This document shows, piece after piece, positions 24,688 to 33,275 of a stretch of DNA of 64,000 nt (within the stretch, counting starts at the first letter, position 1; each line of letters starts with the position of its first letter). Source of the DNA: an uncultured Acidobacteriota bacterium. GTDB lineage: Bacteria > Acidobacteriota > Thermoanaerobaculia > UBA5066 > Gp7-AA6. The stretch spans positions 128,001 through 192,000 of the forward strand of contig CAVXTP010000015.1 of NCBI GenBank assembly GCA_963764715.1, in the 5' to 3' direction. Below the pieces are notes generated by a model. It was given only the letters and a program-made list of their open reading frames with translations. It ran no database searches and had not been told where the DNA came from. Made by a program: the position numbers and the translations under genes.

Positions 24688-25302
24688 TCAGGCGGCGGGC
24701 GAGGGCTCCCGGGCGGCCACGATCAGGACCCGCGCCGATAGGACCACGTACCAGAGGCCCACGAAGGGGCCCGCGTCGAACAGCCCCGCCTCGGCCGGCG
24801 GGACCGGAAAGGTGGCGATGTTCAGGACCAGCAGAAGGAGCCCCGTCAGGATCCCGCCTCCCGCCGTCAGCGGCCGGAACCGCGGGTGGCGCCAGAGCGC
24901 GAGGCCGAAGAGCGCGGTCCCGGCGCCGACGAAGAGGTCCCACGCCACGTCCAGGCCGAGCCAGATCGCCGTGAAGGCCGCCTCGGGCTTCGGCGCCGCC
25001 GCCTTGACCGCCATCTGCACGAGCAGCATCGCCGCGAGCTCCCCCGCCGCGACCGTGTTCGCGACGGCCGCGACGAGCCCGAGGCGCGGCGCGACGCCGC
25101 GGGTCACGCCGAGGTGGAGCCCGAGGCTCGCGACCGTCAGGCCGAAGGCGAAGCCGAAGACGAGAAGGACCTGGACCGGCGGCGGCGCCGGCAGCGCCAT
25201 GAGCGCGACGTAGCTGACGAGCGCCGCGAGGCCAGCGCCGCCGGACCACCGCGCCCAGCGGAGATCGGGAAGCGCGGCCGGACCGGGCGCCCGATCGCTC
25301 AC
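24688..25302 (-). CDS. Hypothetical multi-TM membrane protein
   Basis: About six hydrophobic helices; GTG overlaps the upstream TGA. Confidence 0.75.
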   Translation of the reverse strand: MSDRAPGPAALPDLRWARWSGGAGLAALVSYVALMALPAPPPVQVLLVFGFAFGLTVASLGLHLGVTRGVAPRLGLVAAVANTVAAGELAAMLLVQMAVKAAAPKPEAAFTAIWLGLDVAWDLFVGAGTALFGLALWRHPRFRPLTAGGGILTGLLLLVLNIATFPVPPAEAGLFDAGPFVGLWYVVLSARVLIVAAREPSPAA

Positions 25303-26462
25303 GGTTTCGCTTCCGCCACGCGGGCGAAGAATCCGCCCGACGCGTAGACGCCGCCCCGCACCCGGAAGACGAGCTCGTTGTCGCCGGCCTCGAGCTCCAG
25401 CGGAATGGACTGCCCGGCATGTTCCGGCGTTCGGAAGAAATCGAACCAGGCCCCGTTGCCGCGCGGGATGAACCAGGCGAACCGGCCGTTGACCCACAGA
25501 GCCAGGTCGTCCACGGTCGAGAGCTGGAGCTCCGCCGGCCCCGCGGCTTCCCGGGCGATGCGTGTCCGGAAGTAGGCGACGGTCTTCGGACCATGAAAGT
25601 CGACGACCGTGCCCGTCACGACGGCGCCCCGCGCGTCGGTCGCGAAGGGCCGCCATCGCAACGCGGGCGAGGCCGGCGACCTCGCGATCTCGTCGTCCGT
25701 CTGGCTCAGCGGCCCGAGGAACTCCCACCGGGTGGCCAACGCCCCCGGGTCGTGTCGGACCTCCGGCTGCGGAGGGCCCTCGTAGGAGAGCCGCTCGATC
25801 GCGGTCACCTTCACGTTGTCGATCCAGACGTCCCCGCCGACCGAGCGCGGCTGCAGGCCCACGCCGCTGGAGTCGAGCTCGAACTCGGGAAACGTCATCT
25901 GCGGAATCGGCGAGCCTCCGACGTAGAAGTGGCACACGCGGCCAACGACCTCGACCGAGAACCTCTGCCATTCTCGCGGCCGAATGGCTGCCTCCCCCGT
26001 CAGCGGCACGCGGTACTCGCCGTACAGCGTGCGGCCCACGTTGAAGTCCCGGTGCGGGTTGGCCTGCAGGTAGCTTTCGGGTGCCTTGATGTAGACGACG
26101 CCGAAGTCCTTCCGCTCGCCGCGCTTGCGGAAGTTGTAGACGACGCCCAGGTAGCTGTCGTCCTCCGACGCGAACAGCACCTCGCCTTCCAGGCGGACGC
26201 CGCCCCACTTCTCCGAGCCGCCGATCAGCGCGTAGGCATCGCCCTGCGGGACGAGAGCGAGCACGTGGGCGTGCTTCGCGTCGCCGGACTCGACAATCCG
26301 CGCCGCGCCCTGTCCAAAGATGCGCCACCGGGCGAGGCCGCTCTCGAAGTCGTCCTCGAAGAGGACGCGGCCCGCGCCGCTCTCGCTTGGCGGCAGGTCG
26401 CCCGCCGCCGCGCCCGCGGCCAGGAGCACCGCCGAAACGATCGCGCCCAGCAGGATCTTCAT
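25299..26462 (-). CDS. Secreted two-domain protein: concanavalin/DUF1080-like domain plus beta-sandwich
   Basis: Signal peptide; LFEDDFE, W..FSVEV.G, IDNVKV; DDLALWVNG...GDNEL. Confidence 0.7.
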   Translation of the reverse strand: MKILLGAIVSAVLLAAGAAAGDLPPSESGAGRVLFEDDFESGLARWRIFGQGAARIVESGDAKHAHVLALVPQGDAYALIGGSEKWGGVRLEGEVLFASEDDSYLGVVYNFRKRGERKDFGVVYIKAPESYLQANPHRDFNVGRTLYGEYRVPLTGEAAIRPREWQRFSVEVVGRVCHFYVGGSPIPQMTFPEFELDSSGVGLQPRSVGGDVWIDNVKVTAIERLSYEGPPQPEVRHDPGALATRWEFLGPLSQTDDEIARSPASPALRWRPFATDARGAVVTGTVVDFHGPKTVAYFRTRIAREAAGPAELQLSTVDDLALWVNGRFAWFIPRGNGAWFDFFRTPEHAGQSIPLELEAGDNELVFRVRGGVYASGGFFARVAEAKP

Positions 26463-26471
26463 CGCCGACCG

Positions 26472-26535
26472 CTCACCGCTTACTGCTCACAGCTTACTGC
26501 TTACTGCTTACTGCTTGCTGTCCTACCGCTCACTG
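26472..26535. repeat. Heptamer tandem repeat (CTTACTG)n, about 9 degenerate units
   Basis: Read directly; the last unit contains the stop codon of the CocE gene. Confidence 0.9.
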
Positions 26536-28653
26536 AAAATCCCGCGGAATCGTCTGCTCCCAGCTCTTCTCGCGCAGGAGCACGCCGTCCTTCTTGAGCC
26601 TTCGGACGCCCGAATAATAGAAATTCTCCCGGTCGCTGCGGAAGGTCACGACGGACTCCCACCGCAGCGTCCGGTCCGGCAGCTTGACCTCGGTCCAGTA
26701 CTCGCCCTTGACCGACGTCTTTTCCGGATGTCCGTCCTCGGCCTCGTGCGTGATCGACTCGTCGTTGTGCTCCTCGCCCCAGGGAAAGCGGGTCGCGGAG
26801 GTCGAGGTCGCAATGACCTTCGCCTTGCCCGTGCGCGGATTCCGGTCGACCGAAGAGATCTCGCCGTAGCCCGAGGGCGTTCCGGTGTCGAGCGTCTCGT
26901 AGCCCGGGTACTTCGCCTCGGGCGGCGGAATCGGCAGGTACTGCGGGACGGGCCGCTGTGCCGGCGGGGCGACCGGCAGAACGAGGCGCGTCGCGGATGC
27001 TCCCAGGAAGAGCTTCGTCGTCATCGGGTAGGCCGTGGGCCAGATCATCGGCCACTGGGCGTTCGACACGGCGAAGCGGATCCGGTGGCCCTTCGGGAAC
27101 ACCCAGGACGTGAAGTGCAGCTCGATCTCGAGCGGGAAAGGCTTTCCCGGCTCGATCGCCTTCGGCTCCCGCGCGGACTCGCGGTGCGCGCCGTTCTGTC
27201 CGGCGCCGGTGACGAGGGTGACCGTGCCGTCCGGCGCGACGTCGTTCAGCCGCGCGAACCAGTCGGCGTGCGGAGCGTCGGCCGAGACCTGGAGAAGCGC
27301 CTTCGGCAGGCCGAGGATCTCGACGCCCTTCTCGAGGGGCGGCGTCTCGTAGACCAGGCTGAACGCGTCGGTCGGGCGCTGGTCCGGCGCGACGTCGCCG
27401 AACCACATCACGGGACCGCCGGCCTCGACGCCGGTCGTCGGAACGTAGCGCAGCTCCGCCTCGGCGGCGGCCGGCGCCCCCTGCGCGAGCGAGCCGTCCG
27501 GCCGCGGATAGAGGATGCGGTCCTCGATCCGGGCGATCGGCCAGCCGTCCTCGTACCGCCACTGCCCGGGCGCGAAGTCGAGGTAGGGCCCCGGCGGATG
27601 CCACTGGCGCACGTAGATCGCCAGGCGCGGCTCGTCCATGATCCCGGTGTCGCGGCCCTTCAGCCACTGGTCGAACCACCGGAGCGCCTCCCGCCGCCAG
27701 TCGAAGCCGGGCCGCGGGTACGGCTCGTCGGGGTACGTGTGGTTCCACGCGCCGACGATCGCCTTGACCGGCGCCTTCATGTGCTCGAGCATCCGCGGCA
27801 CGCTGTCCCGGTAGCCGTCGTACCAGCCGCCGATGACGAAGGTCGGGATCTGGATCGCGTCGTACCGGGTCTTCAGGGCCGTGCGGTCCCAGAACGGGCC
27901 GTCGCGCTGCTGCCGCTTGTAGGTCAGCATCCAGGGCGGCTGGTCGAAGCGGTCGCGGAAGTAGGCCTCGTCGATCACGTACCCGGGCGCTCCCGGCATG
28001 GAGTTGGCGACGTCCATGCCCATTTCCCAGGAATCGACGTGGATCATCCCGTCCATGAAGTGGACGTCGTCCTGGTAGAGGTCGTCGGTCGCGTCGACAG
28101 CGATGATCGCCTTGAGCGCCGGCGGCCGGCGCATCGCCATGTGGATCGAGTTGAACCCTCCCCACGAGATGCCGAACATCCCGACCTTGCCGGTCGAGAA
28201 GGGCTGCCGCGCGAGCCACGCGATGACCTCGTCCCCGTCCTTCTGCTCGATCTCGCTGTACTCGTACGGGATGAGGGTGCCCTCGCTCCCGCCCGTGCCG
28301 CGGATGTCGACCCGCGCGACGACGTAGCCGCGCTCGACGAAATAGGAGTAGAAGCCGTACCGCTCGGCGCGGCCCTCGGTCTTGCGGTACGGCAGGTACT
28401 CGAGAAGGACCGGGAACCGCTCCCTCGCGCTCGCGCCCTTCGGGCGCCAGATGTCGGCCGCGAGGAAGACGCCGTCCGGCATCCGGATGCGGGCCTCCTC
28501 GAGCGCGACCTCGAAGCGGGGCTGCGAGAGCTCGGACTTCGGCGCGGCCTTCACCGGGGCGCCGAAGAGCGCGGGCAGCCCGCACCCGGCGGCGAGCACC
28601 GCGGCGGCCGCGGCGAGCCGGGCGTGGAATCCGGGTCCGGTCTTTCTCGTCAT
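26530..28653 (-). CDS. CocE/NonD family hydrolase (X-Pro dipeptidyl-peptidase S15-like)
   Basis: MPDGVFLAADI, YLPYRK, DIRGTGGSEG, nucleophile GISWGG, GAWNH. Confidence 0.92.
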   Translation of the reverse strand: MTRKTGPGFHARLAAAAAVLAAGCGLPALFGAPVKAAPKSELSQPRFEVALEEARIRMPDGVFLAADIWRPKGASARERFPVLLEYLPYRKTEGRAERYGFYSYFVERGYVVARVDIRGTGGSEGTLIPYEYSEIEQKDGDEVIAWLARQPFSTGKVGMFGISWGGFNSIHMAMRRPPALKAIIAVDATDDLYQDDVHFMDGMIHVDSWEMGMDVANSMPGAPGYVIDEAYFRDRFDQPPWMLTYKRQQRDGPFWDRTALKTRYDAIQIPTFVIGGWYDGYRDSVPRMLEHMKAPVKAIVGAWNHTYPDEPYPRPGFDWRREALRWFDQWLKGRDTGIMDEPRLAIYVRQWHPPGPYLDFAPGQWRYEDGWPIARIEDRILYPRPDGSLAQGAPAAAEAELRYVPTTGVEAGGPVMWFGDVAPDQRPTDAFSLVYETPPLEKGVEILGLPKALLQVSADAPHADWFARLNDVAPDGTVTLVTGAGQNGAHRESAREPKAIEPGKPFPLEIELHFTSWVFPKGHRIRFAVSNAQWPMIWPTAYPMTTKLFLGASATRLVLPVAPPAQRPVPQYLPIPPPEAKYPGYETLDTGTPSGYGEISSVDRNPRTGKAKVIATSTSATRFPWGEEHNDESITHEAEDGHPEKTSVKGEYWTEVKLPDRTLRWESVVTFRSDRENFYYSGVRRLKKDGVLLREKSWEQTIPRDFQ

Positions 28654-28655
28654 TC

Positions 28656-29393
28656 TCACTCCATCACCGAAAGGATCGCCGCGGTCAGGAAGCCGAGCGT
28701 CGCGAGCAGGCCGACGACCTTGCCGCCGTGCTCGAAGGCCTCCGGCATCATCACGTCCGAGAGCATCGTCAGCACCGCCCCGGCGGCGAACGCCTTGGCG
28801 TACCTCCCGTCGGCCGCCGGGACCGACCGGACGAACGCGTAGCCCGCGGCCGCCGCGAGGGCCGACGCGATCACGAGGGTGATCCACATGAAGACGACCC
28901 GCCTCGGCGAACGGCCCGAGGCCACGAGCGAACGCGTTCCGGCCACGCCCTCGGGCACGTTCGACACGAACACCGCCGTCAGGAACGCGACGCTGATCAC
29001 GCCTCCCGTGGCGAGGCCCATGCCCAGGATCAGCGATTCGGGAACGCCGTCGAGGAGCGTCCCGAGAAAGATCGCGGTGCCCGAACCTTCTCCCTCGCCG
29101 GGCGCCAGGCTCTTGCGCTTCTCGCCGCCGCTGCGGTCGATCAGCCAGTCGGCGCCGAAGAAGACGAGCGCGCCGGCGGCGAAGGCGAAGACCATCCCTC
29201 GCCCGGCGCCGCGGACGAGCGATTCCGGAACGAGCTCGTACCCGATGCTCGAGACGAGCGCGCCCGACCCGAAGCCCATGATCGCTCCGGTCAGCCGTTC
29301 CGACAGGGTCCAGCGCAGCGCAAGCGCGGCACCCAGCAGCAGCGACGCGGCCGCGAGTCCGCCCCACATCGCCGCGGAGATCGCCCCGTTCAT
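28656..29393 (-). CDS. ZIP family metal transporter
   Basis: LDGVPES, SNVPEG, AAGAVL, MMPEA. Confidence 0.9.
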   Translation of the reverse strand: MNGAISAAMWGGLAAASLLLGAALALRWTLSERLTGAIMGFGSGALVSSIGYELVPESLVRGAGRGMVFAFAAGALVFFGADWLIDRSGGEKRKSLAPGEGEGSGTAIFLGTLLDGVPESLILGMGLATGGVISVAFLTAVFVSNVPEGVAGTRSLVASGRSPRRVVFMWITLVIASALAAAAGYAFVRSVPAADGRYAKAFAAGAVLTMLSDVMMPEAFEHGGKVVGLLATLGFLTAAILSVME

Positions 29394-30079
29394 CTTTCGT
29401 CTCCGGCGGCGGCCAGCCGGTTGATGTCGGCCGGCCCCAGGATCTTCTTCGCGTCGCCGCGCTCCGCGAGCGCGATCATCGCGCGTCCGACGGCGACGGT
29501 CGTCGTGATCCGGCGCGGGAAGAGCCGGCGCAGCAGCGGAAGCAGCGGGCCGAGCGCGACGTAGAACGCGCGGTAGAGCGGCGTGCGCGACCGGACGCCC
29601 CGCATCGGCTCGATGAAGCCCGGGCGAAACATGTATGCCCCGCCGATCGGCAGCGCGAGAAGCGCGTTTTCCGTCCGTCCCTTGACGCGCGCCCACATGA
29701 CGCGGCCGCGCTCGGTCGAGTCGGTCCCCGCGCCGGAGACGTAGACGAAGACGAGGTGCGGGCTCGCCGCCGCGAGCGCCCGCGCGGCCGCGAGCGTCAG
29801 GTCGAAGGTGCGCCGCGTGTACTCGGCCTCCGAGAGCCCGGCGGCCGAGACTCCGAGGCAGAAGAAGCACGCGTCGAGTCCCCGGAAGCGCGGCGCGAGC
29901 GCCGCGTAGTCGAAGAAGTCTTCGCGGAGGACTTCGGTCAGCTTCGGGTGCGAGACGCCGCACGGCCGGCGGCCGACGGCGAGGACCGACTCGACCCGCG
30001 GATCGTCGATGCACTCGAGGAGCACGCCCCCGCCGACCATGCCGCTCGCCCCGAAGAGGACGACCTTCACGGCGCGCAA
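29390..30079 (-). CDS. NAD(P)-binding Rossmann protein (atypical SDR/epimerase-like)
   Basis: FGASGMVG, FFCLG, WARVKG, FRPG. Start may be GTG 30070. Confidence 0.88.
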   Translation of the reverse strand: MRAVKVVLFGASGMVGGGVLLECIDDPRVESVLAVGRRPCGVSHPKLTEVLREDFFDYAALAPRFRGLDACFFCLGVSAAGLSEAEYTRRTFDLTLAAARALAAASPHLVFVYVSGAGTDSTERGRVMWARVKGRTENALLALPIGGAYMFRPGFIEPMRGVRSRTPLYRAFYVALGPLLPLLRRLFPRRITTTVAVGRAMIALAERGDAKKILGPADINRLAAAGDER

Positions 30080-30151
30080 CGTATCACCGGCGGGCGCCCG
30101 GGAAGTTTGGCGCTACACTCCCGCGCCAGACAACCCGGACAAGGAGGAGAC

Positions 30152-31325
30152 ATGCCGAGGCTCCCCCGCGCTGCCGTCTTCGCCGCCCTCGCGGCTTGCG
30201 CCATGGCCGCCGCCGCCCCGCTCTTCGCCCAGCAGCCCCCGCCGACGCCCTTCAACGGCATCACGACCGGGGTCGGCGATCTGCCGCGCCTCTCGAAGGC
30301 GAAGACGCGGTCGATCTCGCCGGAGAACTTCACCGGGGAGAAGGGCAAGGGCGGCATGGCCACCGAGGGCACCGGGAAGACCGACGCGAAGGACCTCGGC
30401 GTCGGGTGGAAGATCTCCCCCTCCGTCGTCATCAAGCCCGGCCAGGTCTTCACGCTCGCCGACATCGCGGGCTCGGGCGCGATCCAGCACATCTGGATGA
30501 CGCCGACCGGAACGTGGCGCTACTCGATCCTCCGGATGTACTGGGACGGCGAGACGACGCCCTCCGTCGAGGTACCGGTCGGCGACTTCTTCGCCTCGGC
30601 CTGGCAGCGCTACGCCCAGATCTCCTCGCTCGCCGTCGCGGTCAATCCCGGCAGCGCCTTCAACAGCTACTGGGTCATGCCCTTCCGCAAGGGTGCGCGC
30701 ATCACGATGGAGAACATCGGCGAGAAGGAGATGACGCTCTACTACCAGGTCACCTACGCGCTGACCGACATCGCCGGACGACGCGGCCTACTTCCACGCC
30801 CAGTTCCGCCGGGTCAATCCCCTCCCGTATAAGGACGTCTACACGCTCGTCGACGGCATCAAGGGCCAGGGCCACTACGTCGGGACTTACATGGCGTACG
30901 GCGTGCACAACAACGGCTGGTGGGGCGAGGGCGAGATCAAGTTCTACATGGACGGCGACACCGACTTCGCGACGATCGTCGGCACCGGGACCGAGGACTA
31001 TTTCTGCGGCTCCTACAACTTCGAGAACAGGGCGACGAAGCAGTACCAGGAGTTCACGACGCCCTATTCCGGCATGCCCCTCGTCGTGCGGCCCGACGGC
31101 CTGTACCAGTCGCAGCAGCGCTTCAGTCTCTATCGCTGGCACATCACCGACCCCATCCGCTTCGAGAAGGACCTGCGCGTCACGATCCAGGCCCTCGGCT
31201 GGCGCTCGGGCGACCGGTACCTTCCGCTCCAGGACGACATCGCGTCGGTCGTCTACTGGTACCAGCGCGAGCCGCACGCGCCGTTCCCGAAGCTGCCGGC
31301 CAAGGATTACCTCGAGATCCAGTAG
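30152..31325 (+). pseudogene. Secreted GH172 (DUF2961) glycoside hydrolase with a +1 frameshift near 30773 (possibly a sequencing error)
   Basis: AAGGAGG RBS, signal peptide, SISPENFTGEKG; after the shift WWGEGE, GTGTEDYF, YRWHITDP. Confidence 0.8.
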
Positions 31326-31332
31326 GGGCGGT

Positions 31333-31401
31333 GGGGTCAGGTCTTCATTTTTCGGCCGTCGCGAACTGCAAACGAGAGCTGAAAAATGAAGACCTGACCT
31401 C
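31333..31401. mobile_element. 69-bp GGGGTCAG hairpin element, left copy
   Basis: Terminal inverted repeats; reverse complement of 31977-32045 at 66/69. Confidence 0.7.
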
Positions 31402-31449
31402 GTTCCTCTGCCGTACGGGACTAGTATCCGTCGAAGGGAGGAAGCCAAG

Positions 31450-31932
31450 ATGTCGCCAAGAACTCGGGTCTACCTCGGGGTCGCGCTCTTGGGTCTGATT
31501 CTGATCGCTTCGGGTCTCTCCGCTCAGGAGGTCAAGGGCTCGGGAAGCAACATGTTCGTGCCGAAGGTCGAGGAGACCTTCACGCTCGCGGACGGAACGA
31601 CCGTCAACCGCATGGAGTTCAACGGCTTCATCACGGCGGACGATCCGTCGAACCCGCTCCGGCTGGCCAGCATGGTCTGCAAGGGCACCGCCGTCGTCGC
31701 CAAGGATGGCAAGCCCATCCGCTCGGGCGGCAGCTGCGACTCCGTCGACAACGACGGCGACGTCGCCTTCTTCTGGTGGCGCTCCGAGGGCACCGCGGGC
31801 CGCTGGGGCTTCCTGGGCGGCACCGGGAAGTGGGTCACCGTCGAGGGCGGCGGCACCTACGAGCCGAGCGCGGCGTGGAAGGACGGGCGCCAGGCGAACA
31901 AGTGGAAGGGAAGCTGGAAGTACACGAAGTAG
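31450..31932 (+). CDS. Hypothetical secreted beta-barrel protein
   Basis: GGGAGG RBS, signal peptide, Cys pair, DNDGD and FLGGTGKW..VEGGG motifs. Confidence 0.85.
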   Translation: MSPRTRVYLGVALLGLILIASGLSAQEVKGSGSNMFVPKVEETFTLADGTTVNRMEFNGFITADDPSNPLRLASMVCKGTAVVAKDGKPIRSGGSCDSVDNDGDVAFFWWRSEGTAGRWGFLGGTGKWVTVEGGGTYEPSAAWKDGRQANKWKGSWKYTK

Positions 31933-31976
31933 CGGGCTCCGTCGCCGGGCGGGGGGACGGCCCTCCGGGACGGAGA

Positions 31977-32110
31977 GGGGTCAGGTCTTCATTTTTCAGC
32001 TCTCGCTAGCAGTTCGCGACGGCCGAAAAATGAAGACCTGACCCCTAGCGCCCGACGGCCGAAAAATGAAGACCTGACCCCTTGGCGCCGAAAAATGAAG
32101 ACCTGACCCC
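31977..32110. mobile_element. 69-bp GGGGTCAG hairpin element, right copy (31977-32045), plus two extra tandem arms
   Basis: GCCGAAAAATGAAGACCTGACCCC three times, ending at 32045, 32081 and 32110. Confidence 0.7.
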
Positions 32111-32476
32111 CTAGCGCGTGGGCCGGCTCCTCGTGCGCCGCGGCGGGCGCGCCTTCGGCGGGCGGATTTCGGCGAAATCGGCGGCGCGCTTGACCCAGCG
32201 GCGCAGCGCCGCGCCCGCGAGCCCGACTCCCTCGACAAAGAGGAACCCGCGCATGGGCCGTCCCGTGAAGTTCATCGGCCGCGCCCCGGGCTCCTGGAGC
32301 AGGGCTTCCTCGCGCTCGGGATCGACGCGGACCATGAGCGTCTCGTTCACGACGCCGCAGCTCATGTGGCCGCCGATCATGAACGCCACGCCGCCGAACA
32401 TCTTCTTCTCGACGATTCCGTCGCGGCTCGCGAGGGCCGCCCGGACCCGTTGCGCCAGCGTCTCGTCGTAAGCCAT
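32111..32476 (-). CDS. TfoX/Sxy N-terminal domain protein
   Basis: MAYDETLAQRVR, EKKMFGG, LMVRV, GRPMRGF. Confidence 0.9.
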   Translation of the reverse strand: MAYDETLAQRVRAALASRDGIVEKKMFGGVAFMIGGHMSCGVVNETLMVRVDPEREEALLQEPGARPMNFTGRPMRGFLFVEGVGLAGAALRRWVKRAADFAEIRPPKARPPRRTRSRPTR

Positions 32477-32486
32477 CGCGTTCGGC

Positions 32487-32843
32487 CTACCGGGGCGAGA
32501 CGAGCACGAGCTTCGGCAGGTACGCCAATCCCGACGGTGTGACCTTCGCGTCGAGCGGCTTCGGCGTCGTGTATCCGGCAAACGTGCTCAGGACCTGGTA
32601 CTGGCCCACCGGCACCGCCGGGAAGTCGTAGCCGCCGTCCTCGCCCGTCGTCACCGTCTGGACGAGCTTGCCGTCCGGCGCCTGAAGGGACACCGTGATC
32701 CCCGGAAGAACGTTGCCGTTCGAGTCGACGACGACGCCGCGGACGACGCCGACCTGCGCCGACGGCGCGCTCGAGCAGGCCGAAACTGCGGCAAGGACCG
32801 ATGCCATGAGCCAACCCGGAAGGCGGTTTCTCATAGGCTTCAT
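32487..32843 (-). CDS. Carboxypeptidase regulatory-like domain lipoprotein
   Basis: Lipobox VSAC; GVVVDSNG.VLPG and TTGEDGGY.F..VPVGQY. Confidence 0.8.
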   Translation of the reverse strand: MKPMRNRLPGWLMASVLAAVSACSSAPSAQVGVVRGVVVDSNGNVLPGITVSLQAPDGKLVQTVTTGEDGGYDFPAVPVGQYQVLSTFAGYTTPKPLDAKVTPSGLAYLPKLVLVSPR

Positions 32844-32870
32844 CGTATCAACGGCGCCCGCCCGTTCCGT

Positions 32871-33275
32871 TCACGGCGCGGCCGGCAGCGCGTAGTCGAA
32901 ATCGTAGAAGTGCTTCCCGTTCTCGATCCGGATCGCGAGAGTTCCCGCGATGCCCTCGAACTCCCCCGTCCCCGAGCCGGGAACCACCACGATCGTCAGC
33001 GACGGCCGGCCCCCGTCCATGAGACCGCCGTGCTGCAGCGCGAACGTCCCTCTCCTTCCCGCGAGCGTTCCCTCGACGACCTCGAGCGCGACGTACCCGC
33101 CCGAGCCCTTCGCCGGGTCCATGACCGCGAGCATCTGCCCGCGGCCGGAGGCCTGGAGATCGCCGTGGTAGTGCTTGTCGAGCGCCATGCGCCCGATCCT
33201 CGCGTCGCCCTCCTTCTCGTCGGGAGGCCGGGACGTCATCTTCACGTCGAAGGAGCCCGTGGCGCGGACGGTCAT
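32871..33275 (-). CDS. DUF3224 protein
   Basis: ATGSFDV, K.YHGDL, GTFALQH, VVPGSGTGE. Confidence 0.9.
   Translation of the reverse strand: MTVRATGSFDVKMTSRPPDEKEGDARIGRMALDKHYHGDLQASGRGQMLAVMDPAKGSGGYVALEVVEGTLAGRRGTFALQHGGLMDGGRPSLTIVVVPGSGTGEFEGIAGTLAIRIENGKHFYDFDYALPAAP

Noticed and set aside
30765-30785. Programmed ribosomal frameshifting in the three split genes
   Set aside because: There is no slippery sequence or obvious stimulatory structure, and these families are not known for recoding.
32017-32110. Three direct repeats resembling a mini CRISPR array
   Set aside because: The gaps are only about 5-7 nt, the repeat is an arm of the dispersed hairpin element, and no cas genes are present.
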